Part shown: piece by piece, positions 38,386 through 51,085 of the stretch
Layout: each line of letters begins with the position of its first letter
Position numbering within the stretch: position 1 is the first letter of the stretch
Source: Lama glama
Lineage: Eukaryota
Direction: 5' to 3'
Assembly: GCA_028534125.1 (NCBI GenBank)
Contig: CM052817.1
Span: 30,196,001 to 30,260,000, forward strand
Length of the DNA: 64,000 nt
Program-made: the position numbers and the translations under genes
Notes under the pieces: model-generated
Database searches by the model: none
Told to the model about the DNA's origin: nothing
Seen by the model: only the letters and a program-made list of their open reading frames with translations

Positions 38386-39520
38386 CAGTATTTTTTTTTA
38401 ATGAATGAATTTAGAGATAAGAGCAGAATGTAAGAGCACTCAAGGAGGAGCTAATTTAGACTACAAAGAGGAAAAATCCTAAACGAGGTGACCTTGACTT
38501 CCTACTGTTAGCCTCTTTCCTGGAAGGTCCAGCATAACTCCAATCCTAACCAAGTACCAAGGTGGTCCAAATTCAGGAACCAAAAATAAATAAGGCACTT
38601 CTAATGGGCATTGAGCACCTAGTGTGAGCTGGACACTTGGCTGAATATTGAGCACCCAGAGATTATTTAGAAAAGCTCAAGTTCCAAATGCTTGCTGTTG
38701 AGGAAACTATACAAATAAATACAATGCACTGATAAGTTTAAAAAAAAAAAAAAGAAGTATTGCTATATAAATACTTCATAGGGACCCAAATTGGGAAGGG
38801 CTTATAGTGAGCTCGATATAGCTGAGTTGGAGAGTCTTGTGCTAATTTAGTCTTTTAGCTAAATCTCTGTATATAAAGTATGTCTTTTAACTTCTCATAA
38901 AGTGACTTGATGAAGAGGTCATAATTTATTCTTAGATATTATAAATTGTGTTGAAAACTTTATTCTAATTAGCATTCCTTTTCCTTGACAAATTTGATAC
39001 AGATACTTTTCATATTGGTCTACCAAAGGAAATACAGAAAAAAATAATGTAATTAGTGAGGCATAATACATGGTAGAAACCTGACATCATCTGAGTTAAA
39101 TATTTTTTTTAATATTTACATAAAATTCATCAGGCATCTGAACAGTTCAATGACTTTAGATGTGTGTGTAGCATTCAGCACAATTAAGCAGATAATGTAG
39201 GTTGAAAGATATTTTAAGAAAGAAAAAATGAAAACTGAAAACATTTTGATATTTCATTTTCATAATCTTTGAGAAAATATTTTTGAGAGGCAGTCTATCA
39301 GAAACAAAATTATTTCCAAGTGGTATTAGAACACCATCCTATATTTCTGTCATTATATACTCAGTTAATTACTTTGTCTATGCATTTGAAGAAAAACTTC
39401 AACTGAACTGAAATAGTATAAACTGATGGAAGAAGAGAGTATATATAAACCTAATTAGGATCACAAAATAAAACATGCATTTCAAATTGTCTCCTCCATT
39501 CCACCTCTGGCACAAACACA

Positions 39521-39522
<2 letters not shown>

Positions 39523-39556
<34 letters not shown>
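39523..39556. repeat. (CA)n microsatellite
   Basis: Directly visible. Confidence 0.95.
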
Positions 39557-39558
<2 letters not shown>

Positions 39559-40299
39559 TACCTGGTTAAAGGAAATGTCTCACAGCTTTAATCTTATGTT
39601 GAGTAGTGTAGGGAGCCAGAAAACTCCTAAAATCTCTTTAGTTATTGTACATACTCTCTTAGCTGATAACTACAACTTTGACAAGCAAAACCAGAAGTCC
39701 TTCTTTCTACCATTAGAAGTTAATTTTTCATTCACATATTCCAATAGGGGAACACATGTCCAAACTCACCCTCCAGCATAACTGACTGGCATTAGAACAC
39801 TTCTAAGAGCAGGTTTTGACATAGCTTGGGGCCTCTGGAAGAAGGTTTGAAGTCACTGGGTAGGTGAAGTAAAGGAGCAAAAGAGGTGAAGAGAACTGAG
39901 CGCAAGGTCACTCTGTTTTATAAGTTGGCTAAGGAAGGCAGCTAGTCTAAAATTTATTACTTTAAAAAGTTGCCCTAGAGAAACCTCAGGGCTTAGTCAT
40001 AGCCAATATTTTAATGCAAACAATATATATAATTTATGGTCATTAAGACTATTAAAATGTTCTGGCAGAGGATTCCAACCATTGATGAGCTGGATTGTAT
40101 CCCCCAGAGTCAGAAAGTGCATTAGCCTATTCAATCCTTTGGAAACAAACAAGAGAGGGAGGAGGCTTGCTTACCTTTTGGAGAGGGGTCATTGGCCAGT
40201 ACTGTGTTGGGGTCTAAGGCCAACCATGGGGTGTTTTGCTAGCAGACATTTTGACTTCAAACATACTGAAAAGCCTCAGGTTTACTCCGATAGCCATCC

Positions 40300-40780
40300 A
40301 TTTACCACCTGTGACCAGAATTCTTCTGGGGCCAAGACAAACGTAATAGTCTCATCCTTCCTTCCACTTATTTCTTTAGGAGCAGGCATGTAATCCAGTT
40401 TCAACTAATAAGAGATGAGAAAAAAATATGCTAGGGACTTCTGGAAAAGCCTTCACTCCCAACTAGAGTCACCAAAGAAGATATGATTCTGTTTCTCCCA
40501 CTGAACACCTGTGGTACCATCAACAAGGAGAAGAATCTGTAACAGCCATTTTGCAATTAAAAAGAAACTCAGCCTGAGGGAATTACACTAGTAGGAAGCT
40601 TGAGAACGGAAAGATAGAAGAAATTTTGCCCCAGATTACATTATTGACTTACAGCATTAATCAAATCTGAAACCATTCTATCTCTGAACTTTTCCTTTGT
40701 TTTCTTTTTATCTTTTGCTATAATCATTCCCTTATTATTGAAGCCATTTCTGTTACTTGCAGCCAAAATCATGTTATCTA
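40300..40780 (+). mobile_element. MaLR (MLT1-type) LTR remnant
   Basis: cagccattttg...cccttattattgaagccatttctgttacttgcagccaaaa, a typical MLT1 3' end. Confidence 0.6.
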
Positions 40781-41213
40781 TGTAGAATCAAAGGAAAGAA
40801 TCATGCACAACTATAGTTCTAAAAATGCATTATTAAATTGCAAGAAGGCACAAAACCCAAGCTTATTCCCTACACACCAAACTGAGATTTCTTTATTCCT
40901 AATCCCCACACTCTGATAAGAAAACATGTCACAAACATGATGCAGCTGCTGAATGACTCAGCCTGGCAAGCTTCCTGTCTGGAATTATGTGCTGCTCTGA
41001 GTACCTCCTGTCAGACATTCACCCCAGGAGCATAACTATATGCATTCAACAGATATTTATTAGCAAATCAGTATTGAAAATAGGGATCATATGCAGTACA
41101 GCAGAAGTCTAAGACCTGGTGTCTGTTCTCAAGATGCTAAGCACCAAGTTAAGAGAAGAAGGCATGAATCAATCAGAAAAAAAAAGAAAGAAAAAGAAAG
41201 AAAAGGATGTCAT

Positions 41214-44200
41214 GGTTGGGCCAAGATGGGGGAGTAGCAGAATGCCTAGCTCACCCTCTCCCACAAATACAGAAAAATCTACACCTATATATGGAACAAA
41301 TCACAAAGAATACCTACTGAACTTTAGCAGAATAGCTGTCACATCAGAAATACAAGGAAATCCTCATAAAACCGGTAGGGAAAAAAAGAAAAGAAAAAGG
41401 AAATTGGTGTGAGACCTGTCCTGCAGGGAGGGGATGTGGTGTTGGCTGAGGCTGGGAATGTGCAGAACTGAACAGCCTGGGACCCCCATAAAAAGCACCA
41501 CTGCTGGGCCTGTGGGGAGCAGTCGTGTAATGGAGCCTAGCCATAGCAGCCATCTCCACAAGCACGGAGGGCATTGCTCAGCACCATTGCTGGTGTGCAT
41601 TCTTGCAAGAACAGAGGCAGGGTTCACACACAGCCATCTTTTCTGCTTGCTCTGGAAGGGCATAATCATTGGTGCGTGGCTCCAAGGTGAAGGCAGAGCT
41701 GAAACCTAAATACATATCCAAGGTTCTGGCAACTTTGCAGGCAGGACTGAGATTTGATTCTAGCCCCAGGCAGCAATGGCAGATTTGCTCCATTGGTGCT
41801 TTTATGCACCCACACTACTGAGACAAATGAGCAGAGTTCTGGTGTACAGCAGGGGTGCATTGGGCATTAACAATGGGCCTGTGTACCATTCGTGGACTTG
41901 GGGCTGGGGTCTGGGCTGACCCTGTGGCTCGTCTGTATCCAGGTGTGTGACTGCATGTGCACTCTGGCGGGTCCTAGTGCCTGATGTCAGCGGATCTGCA
42001 CTGGTGGCTCTGAGGGTGCAGAATCTGGAGGATACTAGAGGGGGTTGCCAAAATTCCTGTGATTGAGGCAGGAACAAGGGCAGTATCAACAAGTGTATTT
42101 CGTAAGCCCACATACCAAGTGACAGACAACACTTCCTGATGGACATTTCCTGCAGAGGAATGCTCAGTGCTCCTCTACCAGCCAAAGTGCTCTAATCCCA
42201 CCTACCATACATTGTAGCTCGGAAACAGATCTGGAAGCCTCTATTTCAACAACAGAGGAGCAGACCTGGCAAGGCTGTGACTACCACAGAGCAAACAGGA
42301 GGCCCTGCTCAATAATCAGGGCAGGCTCTTGTCACCACAACACCAACCACACCCCCAATCAAAGGGACAGTATCAGTACACATGGAGGAAAGACTTGGCA
42401 ACCATCCATACTGAAAACAGCACTTGCAACAAAATCATTAGACATGCAGTCTCACAGAGATGGCTCCCAGTTTAAAACAACAACAACAAACAGCCCTTCG
42501 AGACAACAAGTTGATAACTATTACTCCTAAATTCATAGAGTCAGAGAAATATAAGTAAAATAACAAAGCTTAGGAACTACTCCCAATTAGAAGAACAAGA
42601 GAAGTCCCCCGAAAAAATGAACATTGAAACAGACCTTGACAGTCTACTCGATCCTGACTTCAAAAAGGAGGTAATAAGAGGACTGAATGAAATAAGACAG
42701 ACTATCAATAGAAGTGCAGAATACTATAAAAAGGAAATAGAAACTATAAAGATGAGCCAATTAAAAGAAAATTCAATTGCTGAGGAAAAAAGCCAAGGTA
42801 AAGGCAGTCAAAAGCAGACTAAATATTGCAGAAGAACAAATAAGTGGTTTAACAGAAAGGATAATAGAAGTCACCCAAATCAGAAGAGCAGGCAGAAAAA
42901 CAAATGAAAAACAATGAAAGCAATGTAAGAGACCTATGGAATAATATAAAGCATGCCCATCAATCTATGCAGAATGAGGGTCACAGAAGGAGAAGATAAA
43001 AGGGGATGCAAGAGGTATTTGAAGAAATCATGACTGAAAAATTCTCAAACCTAGAGAAGGAAGCAGATATCCAAGTACAGGAAGCAGAGAGGGTCCCAAA
43101 CAAGATGAATCTAAACAGACCTACACCAAGATATTATAATTAAGATGGTCAAAGTTAGTGATAAAGAAAAGATTATAAAAGCAGCAAGAGAAAAACAAAG
43201 TGTTAGTTACAAGGGAGCCCCATAAGGCTTTCAGCTGATTTCTGTACACAAACAGTGCTGGCCAGAAGGGGGTGGCAAGATATAATCAAAGTTCTGAATG
43301 AGAAAAGGCTGCAACCTAGGCTACTGTGCCCAGTATGACTATCCTTTAGAATAGAAGGAGAAATAAAGAATTTTACAGACAAGCAAAAACTAAAAGAATT
43401 AACAATACTAAACCTATCCTAAAAGAAATATTGAAAGGTCTTCTCTAAATAAAAAAGAAGCAGAAACCTATATAAAAGAGAAAATCATACTTGGAAATGT
43501 GATAACTACAATGAGCTGCAAGAGAATAAACATAAAGATGTAAAAGAGGACATCAAAATCATAAAGTGTGGGAGAGGGGAGAAAGAATATGTAGATTTTC
43601 TTTTTGTTCTTACAATGTGTTTGAACCTATATGACTACCAATCTAAAGCAAACACATATAGTTGAAAAACAGAATAACCACAAATCAAAAGCATAAAATA
43701 AAGTCACAAAAACCAAAAAGAAACCACACTAATACAAAAGAAAATGATCAAACCACAAACAGAAAAGCAAAAAGAAAAAGAAAGGAACAGAAAAGAAATA
43801 CCAAATCAACTGGAAAACAAAGTTTAAAATGTTAGTAAACACACATCTATCAATAATTACCATAAAAGTCAATAAACTAAATGCTCCAATCAAAAGACAG
43901 AGAGTGGCAGATTGGATAATAAAACAAGAGCCTACAATATGCTACCCACAAGAGACCAACTTTAGGGTGAAGGATACACATAGATTAAAAGTGAGAGGAT
44001 GAAAAAAATATATTTCATGCAAACGGAAAGGACAAGAAAGCAGGGGTAGCGACACTTGTATCAGACAAAACAGACTTGAAAACAAACACTGTAAGGAAAG
44101 ATAAAGAAGGACACTATATAATGATAAAGGAGCAATACATGAAGAGGATATTACACTTGTTAACATATATACACACAATATAGGAGCACCTAAATATATA

Positions 44201-44561
44201 AAACAGATACTATTAGTCGTAAAGGGAGGAATTGTTAGTAACACATTAATAATAAGAGACTTTAACACCTCATTAACATCATCGGACAGATCTTCCAGGC
44301 AGAAAATCAATAAGGTGAAAGATACTAAATGACATAATGTAATAGTTGGATTTAGTTGATATTTTTAGATAATACACCCCCCAAAACCAAAATACACATT
44401 CTTTTCAAGTATGCAAGGAACATTCTCTAGGACAGACTACATATTTGGACACAAAAGATGCCTCAACAAATTTATGAGGATAGAAATTATTTCAAGCATC
44501 TTTTCTAACCACTATGGCATGAAACTAGAGATCAATCACAGAAAAAAAAGAGAAAGAGAAA
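41214..44561 (+). mobile_element. L1 with 5' UTR, degraded ORF1 (~42560-43448) and ORF2 endonuclease domain (~43829-44545), 3'-truncated
   Basis: 5' UTR start ccaagatgg; ORF1-like peptides (DLDSLLDPDFKKEVIR, kiikaarek); ORF2 EN motifs (LSIIT..VN.LNAPIKR, GTFSRTDYIFGHK..LNKF, IFSNHYGMKLEIN); many frameshifts and stops. Confidence 0.93.
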
Positions 44562-46444
44562 AAAATGATGTCATAGATAGTATAAAATCAAATGCTAAAT
44601 AAATGTTGTTAAAAATAAATACCACAAACTGAAAAGAGAAAAGATTATCATGATCTGGAGCACTCAGCAGAAATGATGGCATTTTATTAGGCCTGTTAGA
44701 TGAGTACAATAGGGAGATTCCGGAGGCAAGAGGAAAGATTTTTCAGTGTTACTCTTTGTGCATGGTACCTCATTAGACTGAGCACGATATGTCCAGAGAA
44801 CATGAAACAAAGTTAATGTAAGAGAAGAGTCAGAAATAGAGAAACACCAAGACTGGACTGACTCTGGAAGCCTGGGACATCAGGCTAAGAACTCTGATCT
44901 TGATCCCTGTAGGTGAGAAATTCTTGAAGGTTTTGAGCAGGGAAGTACAATGGTGAAAACATTCTTCTTGAAAGAGAAATCTGGTGTCTATGTGAAGGGT
45001 TGGATGGGAAATATTGAAAGCAGAATGTCAGTGAACAGACCATTGCAAAAATTTGTTCTTATGAGGAAAAGCTATACTCATAATTCACATCATTAGGCAA
45101 GGTTGTCACTTAGAACTAAATTGACTTGAATGAGGCTGACAAGTCAATCTTAAGAAAACCTCCTGCAAGACTTTTGATACTACATGGACTAATAAAAAAG
45201 AAGCTGCATGATTTTTGTCTTTCGAAAACTATCATTATTTTGATAGAGCTTCATGTTCAGTGTAGGTGTTTCCAGTTGAAACCAAGAGAGAAATGGAGAT
45301 CAGTAGCATATGGTCCCTCATTCCATTGTTGCTGTTAATTCATGATTGTATGATCTGCGCAGAGTTGTCAAGGGAATTGCTCCTCTGTTGTTCAATAAAC
45401 AACAGAAATATTCTTTCTCAGTCAAGTTGGAAAACAAGGATGTCACTTTTCCTAACAAGATTTTTGTTATCACTTACAGTCTTTAGTTTTGAGATCCATT
45501 GGTTCATCCAAGCATTTATTCATTCATTTGTGCTTGTATTCAACAAATACGTATTGAGTGCCTCTCCTGTACTAGCTGTTTGGAGCTCACTAACAGAGCT
45601 ACCTAAAACATAAACATGATACTCTCTTTCTTCTTTGAAGTTCATGGGCTAGTTGGAGAAGACTCCTGTGAACTATAAGCTACCATAACCTACAGTTGTG
45701 ATGAGCTTTATGATATGATTAACACTGATTGCTTTGAGAACAGACAGGAAAGGAAATGATTCTATCTTAGAAATCACAGCAAAGGTGATATCTCTGCTCT
45801 ACTTCTACCACTTAACAGCCATGTTACCTTGGGCAAATGAATTAACCTCTCTGCATCACTTTCTTCATTTGTAAAATGGTACCTCTTTTATGCGGCCTTT
45901 GAAAGAGTAAGTTTCATTCATATATGTGTGCATGTGTGTGTGTGTGTGTGTTTATAAAGACTGCCACCTAATAAACCAATGAACGTTAGCAATTATCACC
46001 ATTATTTATGTTATTATCATCATAATTATCATCAGTATTATGCTGAATCATAAAAAATGAGTAAGGCTCACCTACGAAAATGAGGCAGTATGGAAGGGAG
46101 GGTACTGCATGCAGATGTAAGAGAGAGTCTAACTGATGGGTGGGGATGGGAGAAATTAAGAGTAGAGGCTATGGAGGGAGGACAGTTCTTTCCAAGATAT
46201 CTGTTAATAATGAATTTTTGTTGCAGTAGCATTTTCTCTCAGTTTGCAAGGGCGTCTTGCTTTCTTCCCACTTATCTTTGTGTTTCCTGTTCCCCTAGTA
46301 CCAACCTCTGGGTCTCACCAAACCCCGGGAACCAAAAGCACGTTTCATGGTGTTCACGTTATGATGAGAAAGTGATTATGGTTCAAGATTAAAGCAAACT
46401 CCCACTGGGTAGAAATATGAAGGCCAAAAGCCTTCCCGTATATT

Positions 46445-46630
46445 ACTTTTTAAAACGGAAATGTAATTAACATGTAACTTTATATGAGTTTCAGATGTAC
46501 AACATGAGGCTTCACCACTTGTGTCTATCATGAAATGATCACCACAATAAATCTAATTAACATTCACTGCTGCACATATTTATATATTTTTTCTTGTGAT
46601 GAGAATCTTTAAGATCGACTCTCTTACTGT
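46445..46630 (-). mobile_element. Old L1 3' end fragment
   Basis: gtttcagatgtacaacatga...tgaaatgatcaccacaataaatcta...tgtgatgagaatctttaagatcgactctctta. Confidence 0.7.
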
Positions 46631-47082
46631 GTATTACTTTTAATCAGACTACCTCCAACTCAGACCACAAACATCCCCCAATTAAATGCATATGTTTGTC
46701 TATATCCACCTTTAAAACTTTTTTCTCAGGAAGAATAAGTATTTTGTTTCATCAGATTCTCAAAGGAGTCTTTGACTCCCCTCCAAAATAAAAAAAAAGT
46801 TGCTCTAAAAGTAAATAATAACCCTTGGCCATCTTTTACTGCAACTATGGATAAAGTACAATTTTTCAGCAAGTTTAAAATGATTTACATGTCTTTTATA
46901 CCTGTTTGGGTTTTCAGCTTATGGTATCTTCTGGGGCATTGAATTCCACAAGGATGCTTTCCATTATAGAAAGTAATTATTTCCATTTTCTTGTACTAAA
47001 GATCCTTCAAATATCAAGCTATATCCACAAGTTCTAGCATTACAGGATCTTAAGAACAAGTCCCCAGTGAGAAGCACTGTAG

Positions 47083-47312
47083 GGCAATGCTTCTCAAATT
47101 ATCTGTGAGAAAAGACCTTTTTTCCCCCTTTCTTTTTCCCTCTGATCTGTTGCAGAAACATCCTGTTGTAAAATAAAATTTTTAAATGTGGCAATGTCAT
47201 ATTTCTGTAAAAACATCTAAGTGTGTACTCTCAACCTTTTATACTTATTCCAGAAGCATAAAAATAGTTCAGAGGCCAGCAGCTGTCCTCGGACCACACT
47301 TTGAGCAGCGTT
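47083..47312. mobile_element. hAT-Charlie-type MITE
   Basis: Ends caatgcttctcaaa...tttgagcagcgttg-like (imperfect inverted termini) with ggaccacactttgag. Confidence 0.55.
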
Positions 47313-47414
47313 ATTATAGCATCCAGGAGCCAGAATGCATTCTCTTTTATGGACAATTGCTTTTTATAAGGGAATTGGTAAAGTCTGAAAGGCCCACATG
47401 TTTCAGAGAAGTTA

Positions 47415-47590
47415 TTCTTTTTTACTGTGGTAAAAAAGCACATAACATGAGACCTACCCTCTTAACACATTTTCAGTGCAAGGAACAGTACTGTTACCTG
47501 TAAGCACAGCGTGATCTCTAGAACTTTTCCATCTTGTGTGGCTGAAACTCTATACTCATTGAACAGCAATTTCTTCCTCTCCCCTCTCCT
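47415..47590 (-). mobile_element. Old L1 (L1M-type) 3' end fragment
   Basis: tgtggtaaaaaagcacataacatgagacctaccctcttaacacattttcagtg...gatctctagaactt. Confidence 0.7.
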
Positions 47591-50500
47591 CAGAGAGAAA
47601 TTATTTTAATGGTAAAAGTTCAACCTATGAAGGATACAGGAACAAGGGGCAAATTCCCAGCCCCATCTGAATGTGCTTAGGGAATGATTAAGTCAGATGG
47701 CATATATAATCAGATGACAGGACTCAACAAAAATAATGAACGTAATAAAGTGATTACTTTCTCCCTGGCACTCCTGAAAATACCTTGCTGATGGGACTTG
47801 CTGTGTTTTTTTGTTCACATAAAAGATCAGCTATTACCTTGTGTAAAGCCTTCATTTTTATAAGCTTTCTTTTTAAAAGAAGGATCTTAATACAACAAGG
47901 CTTCGAATATACTTCAGCCAATCCTTATCTTACGATCCATACTTATGCAAGAATGTATGAAACATGAAGTCAGATTCCAAGGTGATTGCTATGTAGCAAG
48001 ACAGAAAACATAAAAATAAATCCAACACAATGCATTGTAAGACCAGAAACTTATGGGGCATATAGAAAATAAAAAAGTAAAGATGTTAAGGAGAAGAAGA
48101 AACACTTTTTTTTCTAAGGGTAAAGATGAAGGCTAATGTGAGTAACTTTTTATTTGTGTGGCTTCATTATTGAGTTATCTTGTGCGTTTTAATCTTTGGG
48201 GGAAAATAATTTACTACCGTTTATTATGAGACACACAACATTTCATTGTGTAATGATTCAGAAACTACAGAGCAGACATGTTTAAGAGCAGAAGCAATGA
48301 GATCAACGGTGTTAAAACGAAAAGCTTAACGAGGGGACCAGATCTTGGAGCTGTTCTAGAAGCATGTACCTTATCAATGGGCGGAGGAGAAAATCCTAAA
48401 GTGAGTGATCGTAAAGCAAGGTAGAAATTGAAGAAGATGAGAGCAATCACGCAAATTATTCTACATAAAATAGGCAGAACTGAGAAATCAAACTTAATTT
48501 CCAAAGGAAAAGGAAATGTGATCATCTGAGAGAGACAGGTAAATGAAATGGAATGGGGAGGTGGAGGAAAAGAGGACACTTTAAAAAAACTGTTACAGTC
48601 AATGTGTTGGCAAATCACCAAGATACGAATAATGTTATCTTCACTGAGAACCCAGCTAAAGCCAAACAGCAGGGTTCAATTCTTGGAGTCATCAACATTG
48701 GGAAAATTCCCTGAATTGATTATAGGGAGATTCCCTGAGTCATCTTTAGTGTTCCTAAGATAACAGAAACATCTTCCTACAAATGAAAATGCATGAAATT
48801 ATGTCTGCATTCCTCTTCTGAATAAACATACGATATGATTATATAAGTGTAGGAAATGACTCAAGAGTCTGTAGCCATGAGACTACAAGTCTTGGTTGTG
48901 AAATGGTTTATCTCTTTGATTAGATTTTATTAGACACACTTAGATTCCTGTGTGAGCATGATGACCAGTTTAGTGAAAACTATCCACTGGATAAAAAAGC
49001 AAAAGCAAAACTAAAAATGCAATGATCTGATCAGATCTTATTATAGTCTAACTATGTACAACATGGTGAGTTGACAGCTTATTCCTAAACACTAGGGCCA
49101 CACCTCTAACTGACTACTGAGAAAGTTCCACCTGGGCATCTTGTCAACCCTTAAAATTAAAGATATAACAAAACATTAGTTTAATATCTTCCTCTCTACA
49201 GCTTTTTTGCCTTTTGCATTCTCAAATTCAGTTGATATCATTCTTATTCCAGGCACTCAACTCTCTTTTGTCTTGACATTCATAGCTAATCTGCTGTCAA
49301 ACTCATTTGATTTTGCAATAACTGTAGTGAAATGGGCAATATTTCTTGAGCACTGACTATGAGCTAGGCTCTATGCTAAAACTTTGTATGTATCCTTTCA
49401 TTAAATTCTCATCCTCATATAAACCTATAAGTAGTAGCTCTGTTATCCTCATTTGTAAAATAAGGTAAAGCTTAGATCAATTGAATAACTTCTCCAAATC
49501 CATACCACTGGTAAGCAGGGGAGCCAGGATATGAATTTATGCTCTTATTAATATATTGTACTCCTCCTCCTCCTTTCCATTCAAATGCATTCTCCTCATG
49601 CAGTCTTTCATCACTTTTTTACTCCATCTGAGCTTTCTCATATACTGCTGCCTAACTGATCTTTCTACAGCACATCCTGACTAAAACATCATAAATATAT
49701 TCCTGTTGCTTAATAAAAAGCAACTCAAATTTGACAGCCAAAGGGTCAAACCTTTCATACTTTGGGCTCAATTTATCTTTCCAGCCCCATCTTTCCTCAT
49801 TTCCAGCCGTACATCCCAATTCCACCTGAATTAACATCTCTTTTCCTCAGAGGACTGTGCATGTGCAAAAGCTGGGAAGGGTTGAGTATTGAGGAAAGGA
49901 AGAGTCTTCCCTGTGGGAGATTTAGGGACTAGGCTAGAAAGGTGGTAGCAGCTGGCCGGAATGCAAAGGAATTTGAGTCTCATGCAAATAAGTTTGGCTT
50001 TTGGCCTGGAGTCAAATGAGCTTGATTGTGGTAGAGATGAGGGTTGGTGGCGAGTGTAAACTTGGGGGCACAGTGCCTATTCTTACAATTTTTTGATGAT
50101 ATTCTGTCTGAAGAAACAATCTATCTTTATTTTTGGTTTTTATCAGCATGATTAAGGAATTAGGATGTATAGCAAGATCAGTCAGATTAGTTTGCTTCAA
50201 ATATCTCTACGGTTAATGTGGACTGTGAGACAGTCTTGAACCAAACAAAGTATTTGATTTTCTCAAGATTTGAAGAGATCTCAGGGCGAAGGAAATGTCA
50301 AAAGAACTTTAAATAAAAGACAGTAATATATAATTAGTTACAAAAGATAAAAGTGATAAAGTCTGGCCTAGAAGTAGTTGCTTTGATGAAATATGACAGC
50401 CAAACCAACTTATCACAGGGCACACAATAGGATAGTGGATAATTAGCAGATATTTTCCTTAAACAATTTGGAAATTTATCTTAAAATTTTTCTTATTCAA

Positions 50501-50736
50501 AAATATTTTTGATCAGTCTGATCAAAATCTTCACTCTACTTTCTTAGAAAAATCCAAACATAAGCTATCTGTAAAATAATAACATGTATGTGAAATCAAA
50601 CAAAAATATCAAAAGATCTCTATTGATTAATAGGCAGCTTCACATTTTGTATTCTAAATAATAAGCTGTGTTTATTTTTCTTTTAGGTTTTATAAAAATA
50701 ATTTATCAAAAAAATTGTAAATACAGCGGTAAATTT

Positions 50737-51085
50737 AGTTGACCTTAGAAAAACAAAAGAGCCAGTTATCTTACCAGCAAAATGAATTTTTTTCATGAAT
50801 AGCAGAGAACTTGCAGTTTGGGATAAGGAAACTATGGGGAGCCATAAACAAGTCCAGAGAACCAAGGCAAGGGTCTGGCTTTTATAGAGGGAGGGAGCAA
50901 ACTGTAGAGGGCTGTGACGGTTCTTCATTGGTTGCAGACAGTAGGCAGCTTGTCGGCCCTGGGTCAGAAAGCAGTCTCTCTCCCTGTGGGGTCTGTTAGC
51001 TGTGGTCAGGGACACAATCATGAGAGCTCCCCCTTCAGGGCTTCCAGACTCCATTTTAAATGAGAGTTCCTTATTCATTTTCACA
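50737..51085 (-). mobile_element. ERV1-type solo LTR (~350 bp)
   Basis: Minus strand starts TGTGAAAATG, contains ctataaaagcc (TATA) and ends ...ctaaggtcaac; approximate TSD attt/gttt. Confidence 0.7.

Noticed and set aside
42560..44545. Active L1 ORF1/ORF2
   Set aside because: Multiple frameshifts and stops; no reverse transcriptase domain.
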